Both the position numbers and the translations under genes were made by a program. Of a DNA stretch of 64,000 nucleotides, positions 1 to 13,247 are shown piece after piece. How positions within the stretch are numbered: the stretch's first letter is position 1; each line of letters opens with the position of its first letter. Origin of the DNA: Balanoglossus misakiensis (lineage: Eukaryota > Animalia > Hemichordata); assembly GCA_040954595.2 (NCBI GenBank), contig CM082578.2:6867519-6931518 (forward strand), in the 5' to 3' direction. The notes under the pieces are model-generated. The model saw nothing but the letters and a program-made list of their open reading frames with translations, was not told where the DNA came from and searched no databases.

Positions 1-482
1 TGTATTGGTTATAGTTGTGTTGCACCGAAGGCCACAATTGTGAAGTATGATAAGAAGTTTAATGAAGTCATCGGTTGAAATAGTTGATGAGCTTGGAAGG
101 AACCGGACTACAAAAGTCAAAAGCTTTTACTGAAATCGACACCTCATGAGAACGGCATATTTATTCGTCGTGAGATAGTGCTACACACGTGTCTGTTGTT
201 TACACCTTTGGCAATAATTCTTTACTAAGAAAGATGCAATCTTTGTAATGATGAACCGGGATTTTAAAACCCGCGGACATTTTTTTTGGATGTGACTATT
301 AAGTGTAGTAAGATAACCAATTTCATTTGATATACCGCACCGAAGATTTGTTAGGTTACTTCATGTGCTTTGCACACTCTCGGCTAGACTTGCTCCAAGT
401 CTATGGGCTTCATTATTTCACGATAAATACATTTCAGAAAATGTTGTTCCGAGTCTCTCTATATATAGCGTGTGTAGGAGTA

Positions 483-604
483 TTAATGGCCTTTTTCTCG
501 ATCCCAGGGCAGAACAATGGAGGCAAATAAGAAATCTTTTGTGTTAGCATGTAACTGTTTATTGGAAACAAAAGATTTGACCCACTGTTGAGAAGAGCCT
601 TTAA
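483..604. mobile_element. Short TTAA-flanked MITE (Kolobok/piggyBac-type ends), family 1
   Basis: Close match to the copy at 39661-39782, which shows TTAA-AGGCC...GGCCT-TTAA ends. Shares its right TTAA with the next MITE. Confidence 0.7.
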
Positions 605-792
605 AGGTATACAGTCACCCCCAATTTACATACGCCCATATATGGCTGAAATGGCGTATTTGAGGATTCTAAAGAACATATGGTGGCGCTCTTTTTCCGC
701 GTGTTCCACCCACCGAAAATCCGTGATTGGCTGGATCTCAAGTTACCATGGTAACTGTAGCTAAATTTCCATAGGTGACCGTATACCTTTAA
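601..792. mobile_element. TTAA-flanked MITE, family 2 (TIR AGGTATACAGTCACC)
   Basis: TTAA-AGGTATACAGTCACC...GGTGACCGTATACCT-TTAA; an inverted copy lies at 11477-11670. Confidence 0.85.
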
Positions 793-3134
793 ACGCGTTG
801 GTCCATAGCCACTTGGTGAACGGTAACCGAAACCAGAAGCCCAGCTCCACAAATTCGAAACACATCTCAGTACAAACTCGCTCCGACGAAGCAAGCAAAT
901 GCACGAAAAGTATTGGGGAAATACATGTAACGAGACATCGAACAGCTAGCAGAATAAGATAAGAATCTTTATAAAGACAAAAAAATCACCAAGCGACCAG
1001 TGGGCTAGTCTGACTCTCGACCGACAGGTGACGCAGACACGATATTCCCTCGCTCCAATCGGTCGCCGGGTATTCAAAGTTCACAAGAGTTTACTGTTTT
1101 GAATCTTTATGAATCTCCACTACCTGTATAGCATTTGACTGGCTCGTTCCAGTGTTTTATTCTGTGCAACAACAATGACTTCTTGTTTGATTCCCGCCAG
1201 CAGGATTACATGCCCAGTATTAATCTTCTCAACACGATCTGTTCGCAAATAATCGACAATTGCTATCGTTGAAAATGTTATTGAAGTGCGAACTCGAGGG
1301 ATTTTGTTATCAACAACAGCAACGCTCCGTATACACATATACACGACTTGTTGACGAGCTGAAGACTGGGCTAATATGTGGAGAGGACCATGAGAATTCG
1401 GACCTTATACGAAACCTGGCCCAGGATTTTTTTACAATGACAACAGTCTCGCAAGAGGCTGTATGTGAATTGTTTATTTTTTTGCTAGCCCAATCTATGA
1501 TCATCTCGAGCAACAGGTGCCCCCCCTATTTCTTTACACTTGGGTAATCAGGAGAAATTCAAAAGTTAAAGTTATGTATTTCGGATAACCAAAGTCAAAA
1601 ACAAATCTTTTCCATTAAGAATATAAAGACGAAGGGTGAACAATGTGGATTTGACAGAGGGCGATAGAACACTGACAAGGGAAACGTTGATCTCTATTGC
1701 TATGCCTTAATGAATGAACATTTCGCTCAGTTTTTGATTGAGTATGCTGACTTTGCATTGGGTTTTGTTGACAAGAGGGCCAATTAAGACTATCAAAGAC
1801 ATAAGTGTGGCTCCAACATCTTTAATTACAGGAATATTTATTGACACTTATACAAATTCACGTTTAATCAAAGTAAGACTTGAATTGTCACCGTGTCCAA
1901 ACGCCAATAGTAATGTGTACACGGCTGTCTAGCGAAAAAATATAATAATTATGTGATGATGAAGTGCATGAAATAATCAATTCATGTGAGAAAAAAATCA
2001 ATATCAAATATCACATTCACACGGTAACTTGTGATGACAAACATAATAGAGAACCCCCATCTCTCAATTTCGAGCCTACATTCTAAAGTTAACACGCAAT
2101 ATCACCCAGTATTTCAAAGGCGACGAATTATTCGTGACAACTGCAAGGATAGTACCAAGATCACGTGACACCAATCTCATGGGTACACCTCTGGAATCGC
2201 ATTTAAAAAGTTGTCCAACTAAACCAACAACACAAATCACATAGTTAACAGGATGGCTATGAATGCCCTATAAATTATCAACCTGCAGTGTTGACATACA
2301 GACAAAACGAATCGTCCATGAATATGTGAAGAATACAAAAAAATATAAGGCATCCCAGAAAGCCATTTTACATGAACTCCGGCCATATATCCTCGTCGCT
2401 AATGCTGCTGAATATCATTCAAGCAACAAAACTTGCTAAGTAAAATTTATATTTTGCACTGCCAGAGAGATATACCGCCCGCTTGTCAATACATTGTGTC
2501 TGCCTAAACTAAACTAAAGTGTCAAAAAGTATTATGTTATGATAATAATATATTTTGATGATAATGATACAATAAATATTATATAGCATGCAGTGACACC
2601 GTCCAGTTTGTTTGAAAATCCACAACTTAAATTGTCTCCAATATAATCTAAATCTCTTCATTTCTCAATAATATGCAGTTAATCGCAATCATTGCCAAGG
2701 CCTCTTGTCTAAAACCACCGATGAAAACTGCTGACTCAACAGTTGTTTTCTCTCATAATATCGACTATATTCACGGCCCTGTATTCCTTAAAAGACTTTA
2801 ATTAAACTTAGGAGAATCCAAAAACCTCAGTTAAAATAACTTTGACAAAACCTTCAATTTTATTGATCGTACATCCTTCTAATATTTTCGTTTATATGCA
2901 CCCGCCGGCTTTTAATCGACCTTCTATTATATCGAGGCTTGGTCGGTTTTAAATACATGGTTAAACTTATCCAGTCAACTATGCAAATTTGGCCACAGTT
3001 TTCTATGTAAAGCCTAGATCTGGCCAATCACAGATTTTCATCGGGTGGCTCAGCCATAAAGTGCGACACCACACGGTCTTTTTAACCGTATATGGCCAAA
3101 TGTAAATAAGATGCGATTCTATAATCATTTAACT

Positions 3135-5503
3135 TTAAGAAACACTGCCAGATAAGCTTATTGATCGCGTACTTGTCTGTTTGGTGCTGCCGGATCTGGT
3201 GTGCTGCCCACAACACACGACGCGATACAACCCCACTGTACGCATGCGCAACAGAAATGCCCCGAATATGAAAACTCCTTGTAAAGTGTTCGCCACGATG
3301 AACACGTAATCTAAAGCATCGCTTTGAAAGAATCCGTCCAGAAATCCAACGACCCATGTCAGCCCCATCACGGTGGACATCTTAATGGAGAAGATTATGT
3401 GCTGAGTTGTGTACGATTTCTGACGGTGTTTTTTCATTTCTCTTTCGGATGCCAACATTGAGTACACCGTGTGCACAAAGCAAATGACATTGATGGCTAG
3501 AATGATGCCGACGGGAGTCAGGAAGGTGACGATCAGAGGGGTAAGCCGGCCGATCCAACACACATAGCCCTCGCCGTAACCTATCCTGAAGCCATCCGCG
3601 GCAAAGTTATCCAACAGCGCGCAGATGCCAACGAAGACGAGTGGCAGCAACCAGGCGTACATGCAGTAGTATGAGAACACGCGCCCGTCGCCGCCCGAGT
3701 TGGCCCGTGTCAGTCTGGTGCGCATGCACATGATGTCGATGGCCATGACACTCATCCAACAGAATGCCGCCAACCACACGTAGTGGGACACGACAGCCGT
3801 TGCCTTGCACAGCCACGGGAACTTGGTGAAGTCCACCAACGTTATGAATAACAGCTGGGCGAGTGCAAGGGCCACGGCGAGGTTCAGTATGATCTTTCCG
3901 GGACGATTTCTCATTTGCCTGAAAGCGCATATTGTGATGATGGCAGCGGTCAGACAGAGGATGGACAGAACGCAACCGAGCAAAGTGAGCAGTTGTTTCA
4001 ATCTCGTTTTAGAGCCTACACGCCAAGGCGACGGCTGCGCATTCTGACACACGAAGGCATGGGACCCGTCCCCCGACACTACAAACGTTCCTTGTGGGTA
4101 TGCTGACGATTGAACCACGAGAGCTCCACCGGACATCCGGAATTGACCGTCAGAAATCTTCGCAACCACTCCCCCAGGACAACTGAAAAGCATGTTATCA
4201 CGTGGTCTGTCTAAAGACTCGCACCCTACGACTTCGATGCTAATATTTGGCAAGGACGAGTTTTCGCCTTCTGAATAAAAGCACGATTTCGATTTTAAAA
4301 GCAACGAGTTGTATAAAGGATGCCCAGTTATATTGGCCATTGCGTCTTCGTTTTCGTCAGTGTACCTCTCTGTATGACCCTTAATTGTCACTCTGTCTGT
4401 TCCATTATCGCATTCAGAGTTCGAAGTTTCAAATATAACCGACCTTAATGAAACACCTGGCACCGACAGTTCTGCAGCCACCTCACGCCAGGCAGCCGCG
4501 CATGCTGTCGGGAAAAAATCGCCCACGTCCACGAGAGAGGAATGCATTTCGATTGAGACGGCCATTGTTGCCAGACACTCTATAAAATCCACCACTGTCT
4601 GATGGTTTGCTACGAAAATATCCTCAGTGTTATTCTCAAAAAGACTGCGGATCAATGTTAGCGTGTCTCGCTCCAAGTTTGTTACGCCACACTCGCCCTG
4701 GCACGACGTGAGGGTAAAGCGGAACGTTAGCAGTATCTTGGAGAGCGTAGTATTTGTGAATTTGGAGGAATTAACCTTTCCACGGAGAAAATCTGACGGC
4801 AATCGCACTTCTGATACTGTGACCGCGCCAGAGGCAGGGTCTCCTGTCTGTAGGACGCTGTTTACCAAGGGAACGCACTTTTCTTGGAACATGTCAAAGA
4901 TTTCCTCTTGTTCACAACCCCACTGCTCTAGAAATTGACCCCTACGACCGAGCGAAATGTGTTGTTCCCCCTGTGCGTTAAAATCAAATAATATATCATA
5001 CGTGGGAGAGCGTGCACCGATGATAAGATGCACCGGCGGCACGCCACATTTTACCCAATGAAGAAGTTCGAGCTGCCCTTCATTGCAAAACGCGCAATAA
5101 ATGTTGTTATAGAAGCGTACGCTTCGAGCTCTGTCGGCGAGGACCAGCACCTCAACTATTGCCGTGTAACTGCGACAGAGATCGATGGTTGTGCGGTTGT
5201 GAAAACCGCCAGGACACGAGTCGGTGGGTTTGACGCACTCGGAGGCCCTTAATCTGACGCTTCTCTCAAATGTGGGCGTCATGCGGCACTGTTCAAATGA
5301 CTGCGCCGCCGCGATTATTGATGAGATGTTGCCAGTGTTCTCTTCCACTCTGTTCACAATGTCGGGGTCCATCGGGCACTTCCAGTTGAGGGAGGCGAAC
5401 TGAACGCTGGAGCCGTTCACGCCGTGGCATATAGCACAGTAGATGTTGCGATACACCTTGCCAAGAGAATCAATCACTGGGGCCACGTCCAAAATTGATG
5501 CCT
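3135..5503 (-). CDS. Receptor A, coding exon 2: Cys-rich ectodomain + class-B/adhesion-like 7TM domain
   Basis: 785-aa ORF with seven hydrophobic segments and family-B-type motifs (GCVLSILCL, RNRPGKIILNL, HYVWLAAFCWM, YAWLLP, CWI, MGLTW, NTLQGVFIF). Acceptor ttttcag| at 5504, phase 1 (G|AG = Glu). Confidence 0.92.
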
Positions 5504-5534
5504 CTGAAAATGGGAAGGTAGAAAAAGTCAGGTA

Positions 5535-5580
5535 TCGTCGTCGTCGTCGTCATCATCATCACCATCACCATCACCATCAC

Positions 5581-5618
<38 letters not shown>

Positions 5619-5736
5619 CCATCACCATCACCATCATCATCATCACCATCACCATCACCATCATCATCATCATCACCATCACCATCATCATCATCATCAC
5701 CATCACCATCATCATCATCATCATCATCACCATCAC

Positions 5737-5771
<35 letters not shown>

Positions 5772-5815
5772 CCACCACCACCACCACCACCACCACCACC
5801 ACCACCACCACCACC

Positions 5816-5849
<34 letters not shown>

Positions 5850-5921
5850 CCATCATCACCACCACCACCACCACCACCACCACCACCACCACCACCACCA
5901 CCACCACCATCATCACCACCA
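5535..5921. repeat. Compound trinucleotide microsatellite (TCG)n-(CAT/CAC)n in the intron of receptor A
   Basis: Direct reading; lies inside intron 5504-6049. Confidence 0.97.
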
Positions 5922-6049
5922 CTTCCACTATCATAATTCAACTATAAATAGCTATGTTGTTCCGGTTTTTGTTATGCTAAGATATTGCACTTAAATTCTG
6001 TACAATTGTTGCACACAGCAAGTTGTGAAATTATAGAACACATCCTTAC

Positions 6050-6881
6050 CATTGCTACTTTCACATTGCTGTCTAATATTCTCATTTGCAAAGTCTTTCG
6101 GGCATGCATATGTCGCCATAATACCAGTTGCACTACTTGTTTTCATGCAGCGTTGTGTTACCCGTATTTCCTCAAGATTTGGGATGTCGTCAGAGTTACC
6201 AAAGCAGCTTTCTTTGTAGTCATGGCAGCAGTCGTTTCGTACTAGACACCCGAGCTCGCAGCTGCAAATTGAATTGTCGTGTCTTGCGAGTTTCACTGTC
6301 GCAGTGCCGTTACAGATCAGTCCGTTCGGCGTGAGGCACGAGTCCATCCGGCGCCCTGTGTTTGGATAAAAACACATCAGTGACTCTACGTCTATGAAAT
6401 ATTGACTCGGAGGGGGCGCTGTTGTGGTACTGACCGGCGTTGTCCCAGACTGCGAAGGTTCGGCGCTGTCAGTAGGCCCGTGAACAGTCGTCGTCGACTG
6501 GACTGCTGGATCCGTGAGCGTGTCCGATGTGTGCTGAGGGTGGCGCGTGGACTTTGGGCCGGCAGTTGTGAACCTTGAGTCGTGAGACGCTGGGCCAGTG
6601 GTCCAGGACAGCGACGCAGCAGTCTTTTCGGGACCGCGGTCAGAAGTGGCCGAGACCAGATTCATTGACGCCGCTGATGTCGACGAGGGGTCGGGCGTCG
6701 AAGTTGTCCGATCAGCCGCGGTGTTCGCACCTTGATCCACTCGGCCATCGGTGGCTTCGAGGGAAATTAGCGCTCTTTGTTGTGTAAGTCTCGGCGTTGG
6801 ATCGGTTGTCATCGTTAGCGCCAGCATCCAGTCACCGTGCTTGAGTAGGACCACAAACAGCAAAGACCAAACTACCTTCAT
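6050..6881 (-). CDS. Receptor A, coding exon 1: signal peptide, S/T/P-rich mucin-like stalk, SMB-like domain
   Basis: ATG at 6881 (MKVVWSLLFVVLL) follows acceptor ttctgcttcag| at 6902. SMB signature CSCELGCLVRNDCCHDYKESC. Donor G|GTAAG at 6049. Spliced CDS is 3201 nt, 1066 aa. Confidence 0.88.
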
Positions 6882-8917
6882 GGTTAACAGTGTCGGCAAA
6901 CCTGAAGCAGAACAAAATCGATTGGACATCATCGACCATTTCATCACGCATGCATGGCAGCAGCACGCAAATAGCATGGAAGAAGGCGATTATTTGAAAA
7001 CAGAATGAGAAAATGAGATGAAGACACAGAAAGAAAATAATATTATATAATCTTTTCCGACAACACACTTCCAAAGTGAGTCCACCCCCTCCAAAAATAC
7101 AAAACAGAAAATTAAAAATATTCAAGTGTGCAAAACCCGAGATAAATGAACGATTGGATAAGGTGGTAATAAAACCATGTACATTATTGTGTATCAGAGT
7201 TTTTTCTACTTTTAATTAAAGGCGCAAGAATATAACGTGAGATAATTCAATTTCGTATTTTAAGCGAATTCTTCATTTCCACGAAAACCAAATGTACTGA
7301 AACGGTATTGGATACTGGAAAAAGTATAACAATACGCTTAATAGAGAGACGCTGGGTACGAATGTTTAACGATAGAAATAAAATAATCATTTAAATTCCG
7401 AGGATATTTTTGTTTTAAGCCTGGTTGTAGGGGGAATACTTTTATCGGGCCTGTGATTGCTTCTGTGTATATATCCGTGTCCTGTGCGTAAAGTTGGAAC
7501 GCCCTCAATAAATGTATCCATGTACATCTACATCAATGTACATCAATTTTGTCGACATCACATCTGAGGGCGCAGTCAATGACTTGCCCCGGTCGGCACG
7601 AAAACTTAGCCAGTGCACAGACTGACCGCATATCGCAGTCAACGGAATTCAAATTGCAAAAACGAAATGTTTAATTCAACATTTGCAGACAGACAATGTA
7701 ATTTACTGGTCATACGATATGAATAGTGGAACCGGGAAATAGATATACATATACAGAACATATCATCTAGATTTACCCGCCTCCATGATTGAAAGCGAGG
7801 TATCTTTCACAGTGTGAATCATTACCAGTATGTCGGGACTAGAATAGAATACTGTGAATTCAGTGTCAACATTGGACACCCAGTTCTATAAGGTGTTTTA
7901 TTTCATCAACATAGACAAGACATCAGCTTTTAATTCTACCCCTTCTACCACCAATAACCCATCTCCATGGTATTTCCTACACAAACGTACCTTAACAGTA
8001 TGAATTTTTCAAGGATTCGTCTTGATATTGTTTTCGACATTTATTAATTTCCTCTACATTCTGCGTTTTCCTGGCTTGATCAAAATAAAACACGTTCATT
8101 CTTTTATTCATCCAGTTTTTAGCCTTGCTCCGTTTTCTCATACTGAAATTTAGAATCCTGTTACAATTGCATGTAATATTTCACGGGTGATGCCATATCG
8201 TATATCACGTGCCGAATCTGTTCCAGATCTTTTCAACCAGGCCAGCAGATCCTATTTCAATTATCGAGGCAACATCTTGCATGCTGATTTGTTACAGTAA
8301 TAGAAGTACATTTATTCGTACTAATTGCTTATTATTGTAACCCGCAATTCCGTGAATTGCATAACCCAATGGGCTTATAAGTCGCCATTCAATTTTTCAT
8401 GAACAGCGCAGATGATTGAGGATGAAACAGGAAACCTAACATTTGCAAATGAGTGAGTGAGCGTTTTGATAAATGCATGAGTATTAAATCTCATTTAGCT
8501 TATGGAAGAAAAAGTTTGTTCAATAATTTTGTGCGACTGACTCAGAAAACTTAACCGTTTGTGCATCCCGAAACCGTGTTTGGAATTATTCCATGGCACA
8601 GCTGTCGCAGTTGCCGATACTGTTGATATTCAATTACGAAGTGTCGTTCATCCTTGACAACATTCTAATCACAAAATCTACAGATGCGATATTGCAGTAG
8701 TTCATTTCTTAATATTTCTTTTATTTATGCCTTGGAACAACGGACTTTCGCCCAATTACAGTTCCAGCAGAATCTTCTGTCTTCATAAGGAGGGTAAATT
8801 GCCCAATGACAAAAGCGAACGCTGACTGCAATTTTCAGTTTCTAACGTTCTGCAGCTATTTGTACATCGTGTACTTTCGTACTTCAAGTTTATGCTGTAT
8901 TTCCTATACCTGTACTG

Positions 8918-9110
8918 CTGTAAAACTGGAAATTTTCGCGAACGATAAATTTTCGCGAACTGAGCGAGAGCCAACAAACGCGAAATAAAGAGTCGCGAGT
9001 AAAGAGATAACGATGCAGTGAAATACGAGAACGCGAAAATTTATCGTCGCGTAAGTTGCCTCTTTTGACATCGCGAAACTTTCATGTCGCGAAAAATTCC
9101 CGTTTTGCAG
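8918..9110. mobile_element. Tc1/mariner-type MITE in the 5' intron of receptor A
   Basis: Imperfect TIRs CTGTAAAACTGGAAATTTTCGCGA / TCGCGAAAAATTCCCGTTTTGCAG, followed by TA. Confidence 0.7.
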
Positions 9111-9970
9111 TATTCCGTCTATCTTTTTAAAAAAAGTTTCCCTTCTAAATCCATATCAAGGAGGATTTGGTCACCAAAGTCGAACTTTTCCACAATACGA
9201 TAAAAGTCTGACGGTCTATCAAGGTATAATCCGACAAAATACTTTCTTTGCTTCTGTATTGTACATAACATAATCTATCTTTGGCACGGTTCTTATGGCA
9301 AGACAAGTTGTAGTAAATTCTACAAAGGCACATGACTTCATTGAGAACAAAAAACAAGACATGGACCTGTGTTACATGGGATATTATCTTACTGATAGAA
9401 ACATGCGTATTTTATTGTGAATCTAAGATTACTTCACCTCATGTGGTGATGTTTTGAGTGAGAAACACATGTTGGAAAAATTAACCTAACTTTTATTTGA
9501 AACATAAAAATAATATGATCTAATGTATATAAACCAATATAAAACAGAAACATAAAAATAATATGATCTAATATATATAAATAATCTCTGCTAGAGTTCT
9601 TAGTTGTACTGTTATCGAATTTTATTTGCGTACGCCAGAAGCTTGTAATCGGACTCCCTGTCCATTGCAATATGAAGAGGTGATTCTCGCGACGAAGCGT
9701 GATGTACTCGATAAAAAAATTCGTGACAAGGAATCGTGCCACAATGTGTGGTCACGGAATTTAACCGTTAAAACATAAAGTGTAACTTCACGGCTGATGG
9801 TGAATAAAAGTGAAGATTGTTTTTCCCCGTTAGATTTGAATAGACTCTCCGTCTTCCGTATGAAAAAAAACATGCTGGTAATAATCTGGTGTGCATAAAT
9901 CTTCAGTTTAGACATACATGTACATATATATCAGGGGTGTAATAATTGCTACAAACTTTCCTCAACTTAC

Positions 9971-10066
9971 CCCGTCGACTTTGCTAATGTTATTCTTGCA
10001 GAGTTTCTTCATCCAGAAGTCCTCCGAAAGTAGAATGATCGACATCTACGGTCTGACGTTTTTATA
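9971..10066 (-). promoter_or_regulatory. Putative core promoter and non-coding exon 1 of receptor A
   Basis: TATAAAAA at 10066-10059; Inr-like TCATTC with A at 10036 (30 nt spacing); GTAAGT donor at 9970; CACGTG E-box near 10130. Homologous to 29793-29877. Confidence 0.6.
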
Positions 10067-10262
10067 GTGGTATCTAAATAATAAATATCGTCGCCATAGT
10101 TGCAGCCAAGCGTAGGCGCTGGCAACCACGTGACGTCGGTATGTTTCACAAATGTTAATATATTGCCGTTTAACGTAAATATGAAACTTGTTTTCCTGCG
10201 CGCAACTGCTAAACGTGTATACTTACAAACGTAGATGCTCTCAAGACTATCTATCTACCTAG

Positions 10263-10317
10263 TCTCTCTCTCTCGCCCCTCTCTCTCTCTCCCCCTCTCT
10301 CTGTCTGCTTGCCTGTC

Positions 10318-10358
<41 letters not shown>

Positions 10359-10375
10359 TCTCTCTGTGTGTCTCT

Positions 10376-10429
<54 letters not shown>
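10263..10429. repeat. (CT)n/(CTGT)n microsatellite
   Basis: Direct reading. Confidence 0.95.
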
Positions 10430-10430
<1 letters not shown>

Positions 10431-11476
10431 AATGGTCTAAAAATAAATGAGTATAGCAAGGATAGCTACAGACTGATCTATATTTCATTATATACAACAT
10501 GTACAATGTCTCGTATTCGTAATATAAGTAGCATTGCCAACGGATAAACGTGTCTACTGCTGCGTTCAGCAAGAACAGATCAAATTCACTCGATTGGCGT
10601 CTCCCTAAGAGTCGTGATTGCACACATTAAATTGTAATTCAATGTGCATGGGAGACTCGGAAGTCGACATCTTTTTATCTTTTTTTACATACAGATGAAA
10701 TATAGACTTTTAGCAACTTAGCTGCACGGATATTGGGTTAGCCGCGTTCATTTTACAAGAAATCTAGAAATGACAAAAATATCATAGTTTGGTTAAGGCC
10801 TTGTTCCTGGTACCTGAAGATAATGCGTGTGCACTTTCTTGACAAACTTTCGGGGGTACTTACATCGCCTCAGGTTTTGGTCAAGGTCATGATCAGTTTC
10901 TCGTATTCATTAGCACAAAACCGCATACGCTTCTGTATGAAATGTTAACTTATAAGCAATGAATGCACGGCCACTTCACCGACTTCCCAACAGTCCCCAT
11001 TATCACTCCAACAACGTGCCGGCGTTTGCCTCGGGAGAGAGGGTTCTTATATGGATGAAGAAGAAGTTCGGACAAACACACTCCAATCCAAAGAGGCACA
11101 TTCAGAGAAAGCCGAAGGGAAAAGCGAAAACACCGAGCCACCTCTGACTAATCAGTGAACAGTTTCAACTTTGCCAGAACTCGAGATTAGTTGATGTACA
11201 TGTAGTTATCATTCGGGCAAAATGGAGCGGGAGATTCAATTGTATGTTTCCGTGTGTTTCGAATCATAGTCATTACTTTTACTTCCCTCTCGTCACAATA
11301 TCCAAACAGTATCTGTACAAGCAACATAAAAAATGGTCAAATTACGTGAATGCCAACAAAGCATACCTCAGTACCTCAAATAAAATCGAAGTTCTGACAT
11401 ACAAATGCACGTACATGTATATAAGGGATCCTCGAATAATTAATTGAACGCGCGCTTGGTAAATGAAATATTTTCC

Positions 11477-11670
11477 TTAAAGGTATACAGTCACCTATGG
11501 AAAATTAACTATAGTTACCGTGGTAAACTGAGATCTAGCCAATCGCAGATTTTCTGTGGGTGGCACACGCGAAAAAAAGAGCGCCACCATATGTTCTTTT
11601 AGAACGCTCAAATACGCCATTTCAGCCATATATGGGCGTATGTAAATTGGAGGTGACTGTATACCTTTAA
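11477..11670. mobile_element. TTAA-flanked MITE, family 2, inverted copy
   Basis: Perfect TIRs AGGTATACAGTCACC with TTAA on both sides; reverse-complement match to 601-792. Confidence 0.88.
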
Positions 11671-13109
11671 GGGAGGGGGGGGGGGGGAGGGGTGACCTGT
11701 TTTTCAATTACCCCGCGTGCATATGTTGGTGCAAGATGTTCATGAGCATAATTATGGCAAATAATTGAAAGGTTAGTCTGTCCCCGAGGGGCTGCACCTT
11801 GCTGAGTTAAAGGTGGATATACTATAGTATTCCGTTGATCAGGAGCTGATTTGCAGCTTGTGTAATATTTCTTCCGGAGCCAGGGTACGCATGGAGGGGG
11901 GTAACATTACAAAGATTTTCATCTTTCAGTGTAGTTATGGTCAGTAAACAGGATACAGTTTCAATTTACGTTTGGAGGTTTTATTTTTTTTAATGGAGTT
12001 GTCAATTTATCAAGCCGCTTCGGCTTCCTCTCGAACGTTTGGGCGATTGAAGCAATTCCGGCTGCCCATCACGTATATGTGATTGTTATTTCCTCATTGT
12101 GGCATTGAAACGCATTCTGATGAGAGATTTCTGACATTCAGATATGCAATAGCTGCTATAAATTGTGATCATTAGCAATTAATGTTGTTAGCTGGGTTTC
12201 GGGGATTTCTGGATGCTTTCTTCCAGCTATGAGTTGACCCGCTTTACGTCAACGTCATTACTGTGCCTGCTCCAGGGCAGGTTCCCATGTGAATAGTTCC
12301 CCCATACTTTTCTTCACTAACGATTGCAATGCAGAACGATGACTTTGTCTGTCATATCACCTTGGTTTTTTTTAAAGTGAGCCAAATGAAGTTATCTTAA
12401 CAATTTATGTATCTTAAAAATATTCTGTGTCACTTCAGTTATGTATTTAGTGCAATTTAAGATCGGGATTGAGTGAGCACAGCGTGTCCTTTTCGTCAAA
12501 AAAAAAAAAACTTTTCTAACCAGAAAGCTCTTGGGAGGACCCCCCATTAAAGCATTCAGGGTGGCATGAAAGAGGAAATTTCTCATTTTATAAAACCATG
12601 TCTGGTTGTGCAGATACTAGCCTATATAATCCATACATGTATATTGTATAAGGAGCCGATATTTCTGGCGTCTTGGTGCACATTTAGAACTGAGACGATA
12701 AAGTAATGCACATTTAATGTGCATGTATATGACGTCATTGGCCAGCGGCACGAAATACCTGGGTCTATTAGATTTGCGTGGTCCTACGACTCTCTCTCTC
12801 TCGCTCATCCAAAAAATAAACCGAATTTTTACTTTTTGCAAGTTTTAATGAGCAATTTGACTAATTTGTAATCATATGTTTTTTTGAGTTCGTTTATAGA
12901 AGCGCATACTCCTAAAACGAGAACTAAAAGACATAGAGACATACTCTCCCACGTTGTGACGAATGCAACATACTCAGTCTGTCATTTTATTGCTTCATCT
13001 ACTGACATGACTTGTCTCAGAGATTAAAGGGGGAAAAGTCTCTCTCTCGCTGCCCTTTTCAATTAATTATGTTTGATACATTTTGTAATGTAAAGAGTTC
13101 GAAACTGCA

Positions 13110-13247
13110 TTTTTGTGGACTCAAAAAGTAATGTTTAGTCCCAAAAGTTTGGGGGGGGGCAAAAGTATGTCTTTGCCCCCCCCCCCCAACTTTGACATGG
13201 GAGGGGGGGGCGAGTGCCCCCCCCTGCCCCCGGTTCCTACGCCTATG
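13110..13247 (-). mobile_element. Fragment/end of a G/C-run non-autonomous DNA element
   Basis: Terminus CATAGGCGTAGGAACCGGGGGCAGGGGGGGCAC and an internal GGGGGCAAAA...TTTGCCCCC hairpin, typical of invertebrate MITEs. Confidence 0.45.

Noticed and set aside
1120-1547. Short ORFs faintly resembling a LINE ORF1 esterase or an exon
   Set aside because: No diagnostic motif or convincing splice sites; cannot be supported without a database search.
5443-5994. Poly-His, poly-Val/Met and poly-Gly/Asp ORFs
   Set aside because: Translations of an intronic (CAT/CAC)n microsatellite in receptor A.
6882-6977. N-terminal extensions in the ORF track for the receptors (also 35534-35584, 36639-36759, 49341-49428)
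   Set aside because: They lie largely upstream of clear splice acceptors, or are 5' UTR, and are not conserved between paralogues.
10235-10623. ER/SL-repeat ORFs (also the HT/CV ORFs at 53234-53581 and the NQSI tail at 49799-50166)
   Set aside because: Microsatellite read-through; the NQSI part lies past the splice donor at 50166.
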